Source: Felis catus (Eukaryota). From it: a DNA stretch of 64,000 nucleotides. Under the pieces are notes generated by a model. That model ran no database searches. It was not told where the DNA came from and saw nothing but the letters and a program-made list of their open reading frames with translations. This document shows, piece by piece, positions 13,569-26,979 of the stretch (its first letter is position 1; the number at the start of each line of letters is the position of its first letter). The position numbers were made by a program, and so were the translations under genes. Where the stretch lies: contig NC_058368.1 in the NCBI RefSeq assembly GCF_018350175.1, forward strand, positions 67,458,001 through 67,522,000, given 5' to 3'.

Positions 13569-16500
13569 AAGTCAAGATAATTTTGACAGAAAGCTTTTCT
13601 CACTGTATTATATAGTTTTTTACCCCCCCCCAAAAGATTTCATTAAAGACGGTTTAATTTTCTTGATGACTTGAGATCAGAAGTATAGTTCTTTTACTTT
13701 GAGGCCCTTGGGGGTTCCTGCAGTCCGTTGCCTCTTCTGTGTTGGTCAAACTTCCTCACTCCCTTAGGCTGGACATCCTGTTGCTCACTTATGTTTGTCT
13801 ATAGTTTCTACTCTCTGCAGCTTTTAATCTATTGGGACTGAGAGAAACGAGATGGCCACAATAAATAGGTTCTAAGTGAGGGCTTAAAGGATTTTCTATA
13901 TGCTTTTGTGCAGGACTTTCTGACACTGACTTTTTGGAATCCTCTCTTAAATTATACATTCTCACCTTTTTTGGGATGGTTAAGAGTGACAAGTTAACCT
14001 GTAGGGTAATGAGGTGGGTTTTTTTGTTTATTTTTTTCTATGTTTTTGATAAGATAAAGTTCTCACCAGAAGAATGATCATCCCACTCCTGTAATTTACT
14101 TTGTAAACGGAACATAATTAGATTTTGGTTTGGCAGTATTTTTCTTAATGCTTTTTTGTGAACTCACACTTTTATTACTGGTATTATTAACCCTCTGGAA
14201 TAACAGGAAACCAAGGTTTTTAATCTTGGCTTTGCCACTTGATAATCCTATAATTATTGGTTAAGTTATGTAAGTAAATATAGACTTAAACAAGTTACCT
14301 GCATATTCCTAGCAGTTTTCACTGTGCCACCTAAAAGGATTTTTTGTGAAGATTGGTGAGAATAATGTATATAAAGATTTTTTTTTTTGAAAATAGGGTA
14401 CAATCACACATGTAGGATCTGTAGAAATACAGTTTTTATGTCTCTGAAAATTAAGACTTTTAAAAAACAGACTTGATATGTTAATAGAATTTTCTTAACT
14501 ATGTGAAATTTCTGTCAGGTAGGTTTTTTCATTTTAGCAATTAGCTCACCTTGGGAGGTGGTAGGTAATCGGCACAGCAATTTGTACCAGTTAATTTTCA
14601 CTGGAGACCATATACTAAATGACCATGTCATTACTGAGTCCACACTGTTCTGGTGGTTTGAGCTCTGCTGCAGCGTGGTAATTAAACAAATTTCAATTAT
14701 TGTCTTAGATAAAGCATGTCTTAAAAAATACTGATTCTTCCCTAGTACTGCAAGAATATTTGCAGAAACTTACACCTCCTACCTATTTTCTGCTTTATTA
14801 TTTGCTTTTTTAAATCTCCCTTTTAGCAGAAACGTTAAGGCCATGGCATATTGTTACGGTCGTTTAAAATGACTTCTTGCTTTTCTTTAGCTTCACTGCT
14901 GTACTTGAACTCTTGAGATGGTTCTTCCCCAAAATACCCAATAAAATATTATATTCATTGTCAGATGTCAGTTAGTAAAGCTAAGAACTGATAATTTATT
15001 TGTGAAATTCGGCGAAGGGAGAAAGTGAAGCAGTGCTAGTGCCTTCAGAGTTCAGAGAGCTGTAGAGCTATGTGCCCTTTTGTTTGTCATGATTTGGCGA
15101 CTTACAACAATTCTCAGAATGTTCACGTCTTAATTTCTCAGAAAGACCTGTGTAGTTCGGGATGTTCATCATCTTAGTTTGTGTCAAACACAGATTATAG
15201 CCAACTGTAGAAAACAAAGATTAAATTGTATATGATGGCAGTATACAGGAGATGGTGAGGGGGGTGGTGGTGTCATGGCCTACTGACCCTCCTATTAAAA
15301 GTGTGTTTATCAGAAAAGAACGTTAGATCCTCTGTTTCAGTTGTCTGGTTTACCAGACCTCACATTTAGCATGGCCACACTGGCTGCTTCAGGTAGCCCA
15401 GTGAGTTAGGGAGAGCGTCTCACCAGCAGTGAATTTGTCCGGGTCTCCTGACTTGTAGACTAACAAGTTGTGTGCTTGTTGCTGTAGGCGGTAGAGCTGG
15501 GCTGCTGTAAAATATATGCCAATCTTCTGTGGTGAAATATCACCCATGGTTTAATACATTGCTTTAAACTGACTGTGTAAAAGAGTTCATTAAATGTTTA
15601 TTCATTTGTTACACTTCCCAGCTTCTAAATTTTGTGATGTACTTTATTTAACTTCTGTGATTAGAAATTGATGTGAAAGTTTGTAATAGAATTTGGCTGG
15701 CAGCATTGTAAGTATCAATGGATCATTTCTTATTATAATGCTGTAGTTGACATTATTTATGGTTGTGGCACCCTTCCATTTTCATTCTTGAAAAATTACT
15801 AGGTGCATTTTGAAAATTACTTGGGCTTGGTATGTTTTATGATTACATTTTTAACACAATAAAAGGTTTATGTATTAAAATTCAGTAGCATCACATTGTT
15901 CCTACAGAGTGGTATGGGTCTATCAGTGATATGAAGTTTTTTTGTATCTGGCATATGGATATTTTTTGGCAGGAGTTTTAAGATTTAAGATGGGGAAATA
16001 TTCTTGATCTGTCAGAAACTGTGATTTAAGGAAGGATGTTGATTATCACTTTCCAATTAGTCTTCTAAAACAGTTGCATCCATTTCAATGTTATGAAGTA
16101 GTCAGACACAAGTATTGTTTAGAGATTTATCATTAGAGAAAACTGCAGTGCAATGTGAAAATGACCTGACTCTCATTCCCGCTGCATGGTCTTAAGGAAA
16201 TAATGAATTCTAGGGTCTGAAATCACTTTTTTGATAGACCTAACAGAATGTCTGAGCTATATTGGGCAGGAATGCCTGTCTAATGTGGTGGATTAAATGG
16301 TAGGCATGTCTGAAATGATAGTTTTCTCTATTTGCTTGGTAAGAAAGTCAGTATCACATTTATAGTTTTGCTAAATCAAAAAACAAAACCTATGCCTACA
16401 TTTATTTGTCACAAACGTATCATGGTGCTTTCTCATCACATTTGGACCTCATTTGTGAAATGGGGATGGGCATTTACTATTCACATTTAGACAGAAGGAA

Positions 16501-16599
16501 AGAAAGTACCTTAATGACTTTTTAAACATCATGTTCTAATGCAAAAGATTGTGAACTTCTTAAGGATAGGTAGAATCTCATTGTTGTTATTACCATTGT

Positions 16600-17180
16600 C
16601 ATTATTTTTATTGAAGTATAATTAGTATACAATGTTAGTTTCAGGTGGATGGGCAACATAGTGATTGACAATTCTACACATGATTCAGTGCTCACCACAA
16701 TAAGTGTAGTCATGTCATCATACAACATTATTATAGTATTATTGAGTATATTCCCCTACTGTGTGTTTCATCTCTTTTTTATAAAATAAATAATTCTTTT
16801 TATCTATTTTACCCATCTCTCTACCCCACCCCATCCAGTAGTCATCAGTTTGCTCTCTATATTTAAGAGTCTGTTGTTTGTTTGCTTATGCTGTTTTTTA
16901 GATTCTACATATAAGTGAAATCGTATGGAGGGTGCCTAGCTGGCTCAGTTGGTAGAGCATGTGACTCTTGATCTTGGGGTTGTGAGTTCAAGCCCCATGT
17001 TGAGTGTAGAGGTTTATTAAAACTAAAACCTTTAAAAATAAAATAAATGAAATCGTATGGTATTTATCTTTTCCTGATTTATTTCAGTTAGCATAAAGCA
17101 TAATACCTTTTAGGTCCATCCATGATGTTGCAAATGGCAAGATTTAATTCTTTTTTTATGGCTGAGTAATATTCCTCTGT

Positions 17181-17231
<51 letters not shown>

Positions 17232-17280
17232 TGTGAGAGAGAGAGAGAGAGAGACACACACACACACACACACACATCTT
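16600..17280 (-). mobile_element. Carnivore L1 3' fragment with a short + strand SINE (~16930-17047)
   Basis: L1 3'UTR and ORF2 tail (EYYSAIKKE); SINE TSD tgaaatcgtatgg. Confidence 0.8.
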
Positions 17281-17746
17281 AAAGATAGGTAGTATCCTAT
17301 TTTGCCATTATTTTACTCTCTGGTAGGTGCTCAGTAAAAGTTTAAATGAAGGGATAGAGTTGGGTTAGCTGGGAGCAAGAATAACATTTTTCTGTATTTA
17401 GACAAGTGTGGTCTTTCTGTTTTCCACTACCACTGTTTATAACATCATTTGTAATTGGCTTTCTGATGTATTTTCTTCATTAGTTGTATTTTATTACAGC
17501 TTATCTTTTCATATTTGAATAGTAGTTTGAAGATTAGACCTTAAATCCATCTCTCATGTTCAAGTTTCTAATAAACGAGTATAACAATTTGAATGGCATG
17601 TTTTCACATGAAATCTAGTATTTCTATAGGTAGGCTTGCAAGTATTTTAAATAATGAACTGTATTGTGTATTGAATGGATAACAGGATAAGTGATTATTT
17701 TCAAGGTTGTCAGATGTTGTTTTATGAGAAATTAAGCATGAATTTT

Positions 17747-18443
17747 ATTTATTTATTTTTTAAAATTTATTTTATTTTATTTTTTTAACGTTTATTTATT
17801 TTTGAGACAGAGAGAGACAGAGCATGAACAGGGGAGGAGCAGAGAGAGAGGGAGACACAGAATCTGAAACAGGCTCCAGGCTCTGAGCTGTCAGCACAGA
17901 GCCCGATGCGGGGCTCGAACTCACGGACCGTGAGATCATGACCTGAGCCGAAGTCGGGCGCTCAACCGACTGAGCCACCAGGTGCCCCTAATTTTTTTTC
18001 TTTTTTAATGTTTATTTATTTTTGAGACAGAGAGAGACAGAGCATGAATGGGGGAGGGGCAGAGAGAGAGGGAGACACAGAATCAGAAGCAGGCTCCAGG
18101 CTCTGAGCCATCAGCCCAGAGCCTGACGCGGGGCTCGAACTCACGGACCGTGAGATCGTGACCTGAGCTGAAGTCGGACGCTCAACCGACTGAGCCACCC
18201 AGGCGCCCCAAGCATGAATTTTAAAAATTTTTTTTTTCAACGTTTTTATTTATTTTTGAGACAGAGAGCGACAGAGCATGAACGGGGGAGGGGCAGAGAG
18301 AGAGGGAGACACAGAATCGGAAACAGGCTCCAGGCTCCGAGCCATCAGCCCAGAGCCTGATGCGGGGCTCGAACTCACGGACTGCGAGATCGTGACCTGG
18401 CTGAAGTCGGACGCTTAACCGACTGCGCCACCCAGACGCCCCC
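17747..18443 (-). mobile_element. Three tandem Can-SINEs
   Basis: bodies at ~17747-17988, 17990-18209 and 18223-18443; aagcatgaatttt occurs three times. Confidence 0.92.
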
Positions 18444-18607
18444 AAGCATGAATTTTTAAACCGATCCTTGTTCAGTTGCTACTTCATGCACAATGATACA
18501 GGAATGGACACTAGTTCTAGGAACTGTTGGTATTTTAAGATGAAGATCTAGGGGAAACTATTTTGTTTTGCCATCCATGTGACCTTATACGACTAAGAAC
18601 ATTGATT

Positions 18608-19755
18608 TGAAGGCAAGGGAAATAAAAGGACGAATTAACTATTGGGACCTCATCAAGATAAAAAGCTTCTTCACTGCAAAGGAAATAATCAACAAAACTA
18701 AAAGGCGACTGACAGAATAGAAGAAGATATTTGCAAATGACATATCAGATAAAGGATTAGTATCCAAAAACTATAAAGAACTTAACCAAACTCAACACCC
18801 AAAAAACAAATAATCCAGTAAGAAATGGGCAGAAGACATGAATAGACACTTCTCTAAAGAACACATCCAGATGGCCAACGGGCACATGAAAAGATGCTCA
18901 ACGTCACTCCTCATCAGGGAAATACAAATCAAAACCACACTGAGATACCACCTCACACCAGTCAGAGTGGCTAAAATTAACAACTCAGTAAACAACAGAT
19001 GCTGGCGAGGATGTGAAGAAATGGGAACCCTCTTGCACTGTTGGTGGGAATGCAAACTGGGACAGCCCCTCTGGAAAACAGTGTGGAGGTTCCTTAAAAA
19101 ATTAAAAATAGAACTACCCTACGACCCAGCAATAGCACTACTAGGAATTTATACAAAGGATACAGGAGTGCTGATTCATAGGGGCACATGTACCCTAATG
19201 TTTATAGCAGCGCTTCCAACAATAGCCAAATTATAGAAAGAGCCCAAATGTCCATTAACTGATGAATGGACAAAGAAGATGTGGTTTATATATACAATGG
19301 AATACTATTTGGCAATGAGAAAGAATGAAATCCTGCCATTTGTAACAACGTGGATGGAATTGGAGGGTATCATGCTGGGTGAAATAAGTCAGAGACAGAT
19401 CTCATGTTTTCACTCATATGTGGAACTTGAGAAACTTACCATGGGGGGAAGGGAAGGGAAGGGGAAAAAATAGTTTCAAACAGAGAGAGGCAAACCATAA
19501 GAGACTCTTAAATGCAGGGAACAAACAGAGGGTTGATGAGAGGGGCAGCAGAGAGGGGAAAATGAGTGATGGGCTTTGCGGATGGACTTGTTGGGATGTG
19601 CACTGGGTGTTTTATGTAAGCGATGGATCACAAGAATCTATACCTGAAACCAAGAGCACACTGTATGCACTGTATGTTAGCTAACTTGACAATAAATTAT
19701 ATTAAGAAACAAAACAAGGTGTTCACTGAAAACATGAAAAAAAAGAAAAAAAATA
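18608..19755 (+). mobile_element. 5'-truncated felid L1, sense to DNAJC3
   Basis: ORF2 C-terminal peptides ([15 protein letters not shown]..), 3'UTR, AATAAA at 19691, A-tail; TSD agaacattgatt. Confidence 0.92.
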
Positions 19756-19764
19756 AAGAGCACA

Positions 19765-20001
19765 TTTATTTATTTTGAGAGAGAGAGAGCAAGTGCAGGA
19801 GGGGCAGAAAGAGAAAATCCCAGGAGGGGCAGTGGGAGGTGGGGGAGGAAAGAGAGAGAGAGAGAAGTGGGGGCTCTCCTGAAGCAGGGTTCGTGCTCAC
19901 CTGAAGCAGGGCTCGGCCAGTGTGAGACTCAAACTCATGAACTGTGAGATCATGACCTGAGCCTGAGTCAGATACTTAATGACTGAGCCACCCAGGCACT
20001 C
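19765..20001 (-). mobile_element. Can-SINE at the L1 3' junction
   Basis: SINE head rc ...gactgagccacccaggcact. Confidence 0.85.
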
Positions 20002-22099
20002 AGAACATTGATTCTTGATTCATATGTTGAGCCATTGTCATTTGATTACTCAATTTTGTAGGTTCATTGTTATAAAATGGGTCTCTAATCTGATTTCATA
20101 TCTTAAAAATACCTAGAAACTGAAGAATAAAGTAAATGAAAGTGCTCCAGATTATTGTATATAAACATTTTTTAATATATGTGTAATCAAATACTTAAAA
20201 GCTGTGTCATATGTAATCCTCATTAGAGGTTTTTCTGCATGGACTGAAATGGTCAGTTTTTCCCCAAATAGAAGTGTAGGTACTTTCTGATAAGTTGCCC
20301 AATGCTAGCATTAAGCATTCTTTTTTTTTTTTTTTTCCTTGAAAGAACTAGATACAGAGGTCAAAATAACCGACATCTGTTTTTCAACATGCCATTGCTG
20401 ATTTCATATGGGAGAATGATCTGAATATCCTGGTGAGGCACATTTTTTTAAGAGCCAGGTCTGTTCTCTGGAATCCCTGCGTGGGGTGGCTGGCAGGGAG
20501 AAAGGGAACTGGGTGACCAGATGTTTGTTTGCTTTGCCTCCTGGATGGAAAGCACTCCAAATGGAAAGCTTACCCGGACCAGTGAGGTCAGAATCTACAA
20601 GCAGCAACTCTTTGAAAAGCAAGAGATGGCAGTGTCTGTCATACCCTCTGTGCCAACTTGGGAGGACTGCAGGGACCAGAGGGCGGGCAATGCAGCAGAG
20701 ACTTTAGCCCCCTTCCTCTTTTGTCCCCTCTGAGAAAAACCTCTTCTGGGCTGGACAGAGTGTGACAACAAAACATTTGCTCCCTGGGTTTACAGACCTG
20801 GCTCTGGAAACAAGACCCATGGGAAGTGGACCATATTCATCCGGAGGCTGGGAAATGTTTCTCTTGGTCTGTGGCAGGGCTGATGTTGGCGTGCTTCCTC
20901 CTTGTCCACAACAGGATGGCACTAGGGAAAGCAAACAGAACAGAAGCCCTTCACATGAATGGTTTCTTGGGCTTTCTCAATGAGAAGGACCCAGGAATCA
21001 AAGCCAGAAGCAAGGGAGGAGCTCCTGGGGTATGGTAGGGCTGAGGAGACCCTGTGGGAAAGCTGGCTAGCTCCAGGGACCCGCTGAGTACTACAGTGTC
21101 CTGTGGAAATGAAAGACCAAAGAAGCCATGTCTGTACTGACTTAGCCCCTTGCTTGTCCTAGGCAGGTCTCAGTGTTGGCATTTGTTGTGGTGATCAGGA
21201 ATTTGTTTCCATTTCCTTTTATTTGAATACCTTGGGCCAGGTCATATGGAGACACTCGAGTGAATTCACTCAAGGAGTTTTATTTTCTCTAGACTGAGGT
21301 GTGTGTATAAATAATTGATACCAGAGGGAGTGATAAGTGTTATGGGCACAGTAAGAGGTATACTGTATTATAGAATGTTATGGAAATTGAGGGAATGGAA
21401 GGTATATATTTCACATGTGTCATCAAATGAGTCATTTGAGCTGTGCCTCAAAGATTGAGTAGGATTTGGACATACGAAGATGATCATGTGTGATGTAAAC
21501 TCCAGGTCTTAAATCATGTTACTTCTAGCATTTTTTGCTTAGTGTAAATAAGTCATGGAAAACTTAATTTTTTTTAAATTAATGAATATAAAAGCACTCC
21601 ATGTTTATTATGAAACATTTTGGAATGTGTTTGGTATAAAGAAGAAAATCTGATCTCTCTGCCCAGATAACTACTGTTGACATGTGGTGAATTTCCTTTT
21701 ACTTTCAGAGGCAGTCACTTAAAAGTGACTGGTATCAAGTCATTGTTCAGGCCAGTTATGCTGCCCAGACTCACATATTTTTTAATTTATTGTACATTCT
21801 AAATCAAATATAAACTGAACCTAAAAATATTATATATCATTTATGCTCTTAAGTATAGTTACTCTATATCTTACTTTTTCCTCAGGCTAATTATAGCATT
21901 AGGAAATACCCTATATACAGGCGGCTGACTATGCTCTTTTTTTTTCCTGGTCTCCTGAGCAAAATTGATCAGGAAAGAAATTTTCAGTGATGCTTAGCTG
22001 GGATGTATGGATTGTTTTGGTTTTTGTTTCAGATTTGAGGAAAAAATAGTTCTTTAATTGTTAAAATGCCCAGTTTTCATAGCTTTTCAAAAATTTCCT

Positions 22100-22430
22100 A
22101 ATAAAATAGTATAATGAAAAGTATGTTACAAAATTTTACTGTTTTGACCATTTTTAAGTGTATTGGGTTAGTGGCACTAAGCGCATTCACATATTTGTGC
22201 AACCTGCATCACCATCCATTTCCAGAGCTTTTTCATCATCCCAAACTGAAACTCTACCCATTAAGCAGTTGTTCCCATTTTTCTCACTCCCTTTCTCTCC
22301 TTCCTTCCTTTGTTTTTGTAATAGCCATCTTAATGGATGGGAAGTGGTATCTCACTGTGGTTTTGATTTACCTTTCCCTAATGATTAGTGATGGTAAGCA
22401 TCTTTTCATGTGCTTCTGGCCATTTGTACA
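22100..22430 (-). mobile_element. Old L1M 3' fragment with internal deletion
   Basis: accatttttaagtgta...aaactctacccattaag joined to atagccatc...gtggtatctcactgtgg. Confidence 0.7.
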
Positions 22431-23054
22431 TCTTCTCTCATATATGGTTTTATAGCTTTACTTTCTCCTCCTGTCCTCTTTTGCTTAGCAGTGGTTCAGG
22501 TAGGTTAATGCCATTAACAACTGCTCAAAACCATATTTTGAATGATGACAAACCATCCTGTCATAGATTGCCATTGGTTATGTTTTTCAGATGATAAGAC
22601 CTTCAGGGGTAGAACTTTCAGAGAGTTTTAGTTGTAAATCTTATAATGATAGAACTGTGCATAAATAAATATTTGTTTAAGACACATGGCTGGATTTGGT
22701 CAAGATATATATCTATATATCTATATATACACACACACACACACATATGTATTTCAAAATTGCTTTCTAGAAGGACTGTTTGGCAGCACAAGGTTTACTT
22801 CCACTGAGTAAAGTAGAATTAGCTAAAAAACCTAATCATCCATCTGTTTTCCTTCTTTCAAATATTGGTAACTTAGTCTTGTCTCATTTCCATTCTCCTC
22901 CTTTGTCCTAAGGTTTGTATCTTTATTTCTTCACTGCCATATTAATTGGAATTTGTGAGGGAACAGAGATTGTACATTTAATATGTCAGTTTAATTGGAA
23001 GTCTATAATTTTCTTAACTCTGAATAAAGCATAGTCACATTCTCAATCAGTATT

Positions 23055-23268
23055 TTTAAAAAAAATTTTTAATGTTTATTTTGAGAGAGAGAGAGAGAGA
23101 GCATGAGTGGGGGAGGGCAGGGAGAAAGGGAGACACAGAATCTAAAGTAGGTTCCAGGGTCTAAGCTGTCCACACAGAGCCTGACACAGGGGCTCGAATT
23201 CACGAACCATGAGATCATGGCCTGAGCTGAAGTCGGATGCTTAACTGACTGAGCCACCCAGGTGCTCC
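23055..23268 (-). mobile_element. Can-SINE
   Basis: TSD tcaatcagtattt. Confidence 0.9.
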
Positions 23269-23364
23269 TCAATCAGTATTTAACTTAAGGAAATTTCAGT
23301 AAAGACAAAGACTGAATTGCATACTTATAAAAGTTGTGAGTCGAATATAGTTAATATTTTAGAT

Positions 23365-23543
23365 CAGAGGTTGGCAAACATTTCCTCTAAAGAGCCAGAT
23401 GATGAATATTTAAGCTTTTCAGCCATACAGTCTCTGTGCATTTATTTTTATTTTTATTTTTTGATAACTCTTTAAAAATGTAAAAGATATTCCTGAAGCC
23501 TGTGGGTTGGATTTGGCTCAGAGACTACAGTTTGCCAATCCTG
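23365..23543. mobile_element. MER58-like hAT-Charlie MITE
   Basis: imperfect TIRs CAGAGGTTGGCAAAC / GTTTGCCAATCCTG; similar 8-bp flanks ttttagat / ttctggat. Confidence 0.8.
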
Positions 23544-23703
23544 TTCTGGATTTATTTGGAGTGATCTTGCTAGTCAACTGGACCTATTATTGATGGAAAG
23601 ACTCTTAAATGCCTTAAGGGAATTGCAAACTCTAGTATGGTTCAGGTGATTTGTGTTTTTAAGGAAATTACCAAGAGCTAATATTTATTATTTTAATTTT
23701 CAG

Positions 23704-23828
23704 ATGGTGACCCAGATAACTATATTGCTTACTATCGGAGAGCTACTGTCTTTTTAGCTATGGGCAAATCAAAAGCAGCACTTCCTGATTTAACTAAGGT
23801 GATTGAACTGAAGATGGATTTTACTGCA
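23704..23828 (+). CDS. DNAJC3: DNAJC3 coding exon 3 (125 nt)
   Basis: tttcag|AT GGT GAC... encodes (D)GDPDNYIAYYRRATVFLAMGKSKAALPDLTKVIELKMDFTA; donor gtaagt. Confidence 0.97.
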
Positions 23829-24703
23829 GTAAGTGCATCTAAACTTTCTTTAAAGAAAACTTAAGGAAATTTGGAAGAGGTAATTTGTTTTTAAAGGTGA
23901 GGATCGACCTGTTAGGCATAGCTGGGGAGCATAGGAAGCTGCTGTGGTGTAGTAGACTGGGCCGTAAGAACAATCCAAAGTCCCTGGAATCAAAGATCTG
24001 TGTGAAAAAGGAACAGTGGGTAAATTTGGTTAATTTTAGAAGCTTGGCAGTGACATCATCCTTGTGGCTTAGAAAGACCTCTGTTTTTGGGGGGAGTGTA
24101 GGGCAAGATGTGAGGCTGAGTAACCAGTTATCAAGAGGCTATTGAATTAACAGGCTGTCAAGTGACTGACAGTAGTTCCAATTAAGGCTGTCATAGGAAA
24201 GATAAAGAAAAGGAGATAGGTCACTTACATAGTGGTTTGTAGTAAGGACACAGTTCTGAATTAGATGGCATCCTCCCCTGCAACCAACACACAAGCTTCA
24301 GAAATGGAGGAATTTACAGTCTAATGGGATATCCTGATGTTTGGCATTTAGTGTAATGGCTTAAAATAATGGGATAAGTTAGATGCTTTCAAAATTAATT
24401 TGGTAGCCCGTTTACTGTTTATATCCTGCCATAATCTAAAAAGGACTTGGGATAACTGATTAGATATGGGTGAATGTTTGGTTTGAAATATTACTATTAT
24501 TTTAGGACGGAATTGCCAAGTGTCAGACTTTCTTTTAATCTGTTATTTTATCTAGCTAACTGAGCACAACCTTTCACAAAAGTTGAGTAGTTCATTTTCC
24601 TAGTATTATTAGTTAAAGTGGCTTTGTTTTCCTTTTTATGTGTGTTGATGCGCTTAACAGAGGATCAGGGAAATTTTTTGTACTGTCAAAGTAATGTGTT
24701 AAG

Positions 24704-24929
24704 TTTTTTTTTTAATTTTTGTTTTTAATGTTTATTTATTTTTGAGACAGAGAAAGACAGAGTGTGAGTGAGGGAGGGGCGGAGAGAGAGGGAGACACAG
24801 AATCCGAAGCAGGTTCCAGGCTCTGGGCTGTCAGCACAGAGCCAGATGCGGGGCTCGAACCCATCGACCACGAGATCATGACCTGAGCTGAAGTCGGACA
24901 CCCAACCGACCGAGCCACCCAGGCGCCCC
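24704..24929 (-). mobile_element. Can-SINE
   Basis: TSD agtaatgtgttaag. Confidence 0.92.
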
Positions 24930-25234
24930 AGTAATGTGTTAAGAGTTTTAGTGGAATGTCAGTGTGGTTTCTGTCTTATGGTCACATTGGTCATCAGAGA
25001 GTTGGTATTCTTGGAAGAGATGGGATCATGCACATGAGAAGAGGAATACCAGAGATGGAGGGGGAAAAATGATGCATGGGAAAAGGGAAGAGGTGTTATT
25101 CGGTTGTAGTAGAGTGAATATTTCCAAAGTTAATAAAGACAAAATTATATCTAGAACTTTGATTGGTAAAGTCCCAAATTACACAGCTTTTTTTTTGTGG
25201 TGACAAAAAAGTTATTACGATGGCCAAAAAAAAA

Positions 25235-25610
25235 AAATATTGAGATAAAATTCACATATCATCAAATTCATCCTTTTTTAAAGTGTATAATTCAGTGGTG
25301 TTTTAGTGTATTCACAAGGTTGTGCAGGCATCACCACTGTCTAGTTCCAGAACATTTTTATCACCCCCAAAAGAAATTGAGTACCCATTAGCAGTCCCTC
25401 CCCATTTATGCCCTGGACTCTGGCAACCACTTTTCTTTCTGTCTGTGTGGGCTTGCCTATTTGGACATTTCATATAAATGAAATCATTCAGTATTTGTCC
25501 TTTTGTGTCTGACTTCTTTCACTTAGCATATTGTTTTCACGGTTCACCCATGTTGTAGCACGTGTCAGTACTTCATTCCTTTTAATGCTGAATAATAATA
25601 GCAATATTCC

Positions 25611-25663
<53 letters not shown>

Positions 25664-25790
25664 CACATTTGCATATTGATTTATTAGTTGATAGGAATTT
25701 GGGTGATTTCTACTTTTTAGCTATTGATTTGAACATCCATGTACAAGATTTGTGTGGATACATATTTTCAATTTTGGGGGATATAGCACA
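25235..25790 (-). mobile_element. Old L1M 3' end with (TG)n microsatellite
   Basis: attgagataaaattcacatatcat...aagtgtataattcagtgg L1M 3'UTR motifs. Confidence 0.78.
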
Positions 25791-25996
25791 AAAAGTATTT
25801 TTAAAGAAGCATACTTAATGCTTAAAAATTATACACATTCATTGGTTCCAGGAATTGTTCTCAAGAGTGCCAAGTCAAATGGGCATTGGAAAAATAAATA
25901 TTTCGTTAATAGTTCATTAGTGTATTTGGTTTCATTCTTTGTGTTTAAAGAAAATTTGGTAATGCGTGTTCTCAGAACGCCCTTTCTTTTTTCTAG

Positions 25997-26071
25997 GCAA
26001 GATTACAGAGAGGTCACTTATTACTCAAACAAGGAAAACTTGATGAAGCAGAAGATGATTTTAAAAAAGTG
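25997..26071 (+). CDS. DNAJC3: DNAJC3 coding exon 4 (75 nt, phase 0-0)
   Basis: ttctag|GCA AGA... encodes ARLQRGHLLLKQGKLDEAEDDFKKV; donor gtaagt. Confidence 0.97.
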
Positions 26072-26658
26072 GTAAGTTCAGCTTGTATTTGGTTTTATGA
26101 AGATGTTGAACTCCTTTATGAAGATGAGTGAACATGTTGGACTTATTTTTTTATATAGTGAGACATTTAGTAATAACTTTGTAGCTAAAAGGGAAAATCA
26201 TTTGATTTGTATATATAAAAATCACAGTTTCTGTATTAATACATAGTGGCTGACATGAAAGAATCACTTTAAGAGTTGGAAGATAAAGTATATGGAATTA
26301 ATATATAATTTTAATTCAGTTTATATAGCTCACGTGTTCTGCTTTGTTTTCCATGAGGATCTAGAGATATCAACTGAACTATTCTAAAACTCCTCTAGAT
26401 ACCCCTGGGAAACACTTCATTTGATTTGAAGGAATAAGGAGACATTCTTAAAAGGGAGTTTTGTAATTTCCTGTATGGCTACTCTACAAAGTGTAGTGTT
26501 TTGAATTCATTGGGGGATGTTATAGATTACCTATAATTGAAAAATGATTTGTTGGAGAGACAGCCAAAGTCTTTATGCCCTCATGAAGCTTATTTTAAGA
26601 TCTGCATTTTTGTTCCATCTGGATTTGTTTGTGAAGTGGTCTAGAAAGGGCATATATA

Positions 26659-26979
26659 CAGTTGACCCTTGAACAAAATGGATTTGAACTGCATGGGTCC
26701 ACTTTTATGTGGGCTGTATAATTACTGTTAATGCATTTTCTCTTCCTTATGATATTCTTAATAACGTTTTCTTTTCTCTAGCTTACTTTATTGTAAGAAT
26801 ACAGTATATAATACGTATAACATACAGAGTATGTGTTAATTGACTATGTTATTGTTAAGGCTTCTGGTTAACAGTAGACTACTAGTAGTTTTGGGGGAGT
26901 CAGAAGTTTTATGAGGATTTGACTGCGTGGGGTGGGTGGCATTGGTGCCCCTAACCCTGTGTTGTTCAAAGGTCAACTG
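26659..26979. mobile_element. Tigger2-family (TcMar) non-autonomous element
   Basis: TIRs CAGTTGACCCTTGAACAA / TTGTTCAAAGGTCAACTG flanked by TA on both sides. Confidence 0.88.

Noticed and set aside
25752..26075. 107-aa ORF overlapping exon 4
   Set aside because: Different frame from DNAJC3, starts in an L1 fossil, and has no recognisable similarity.
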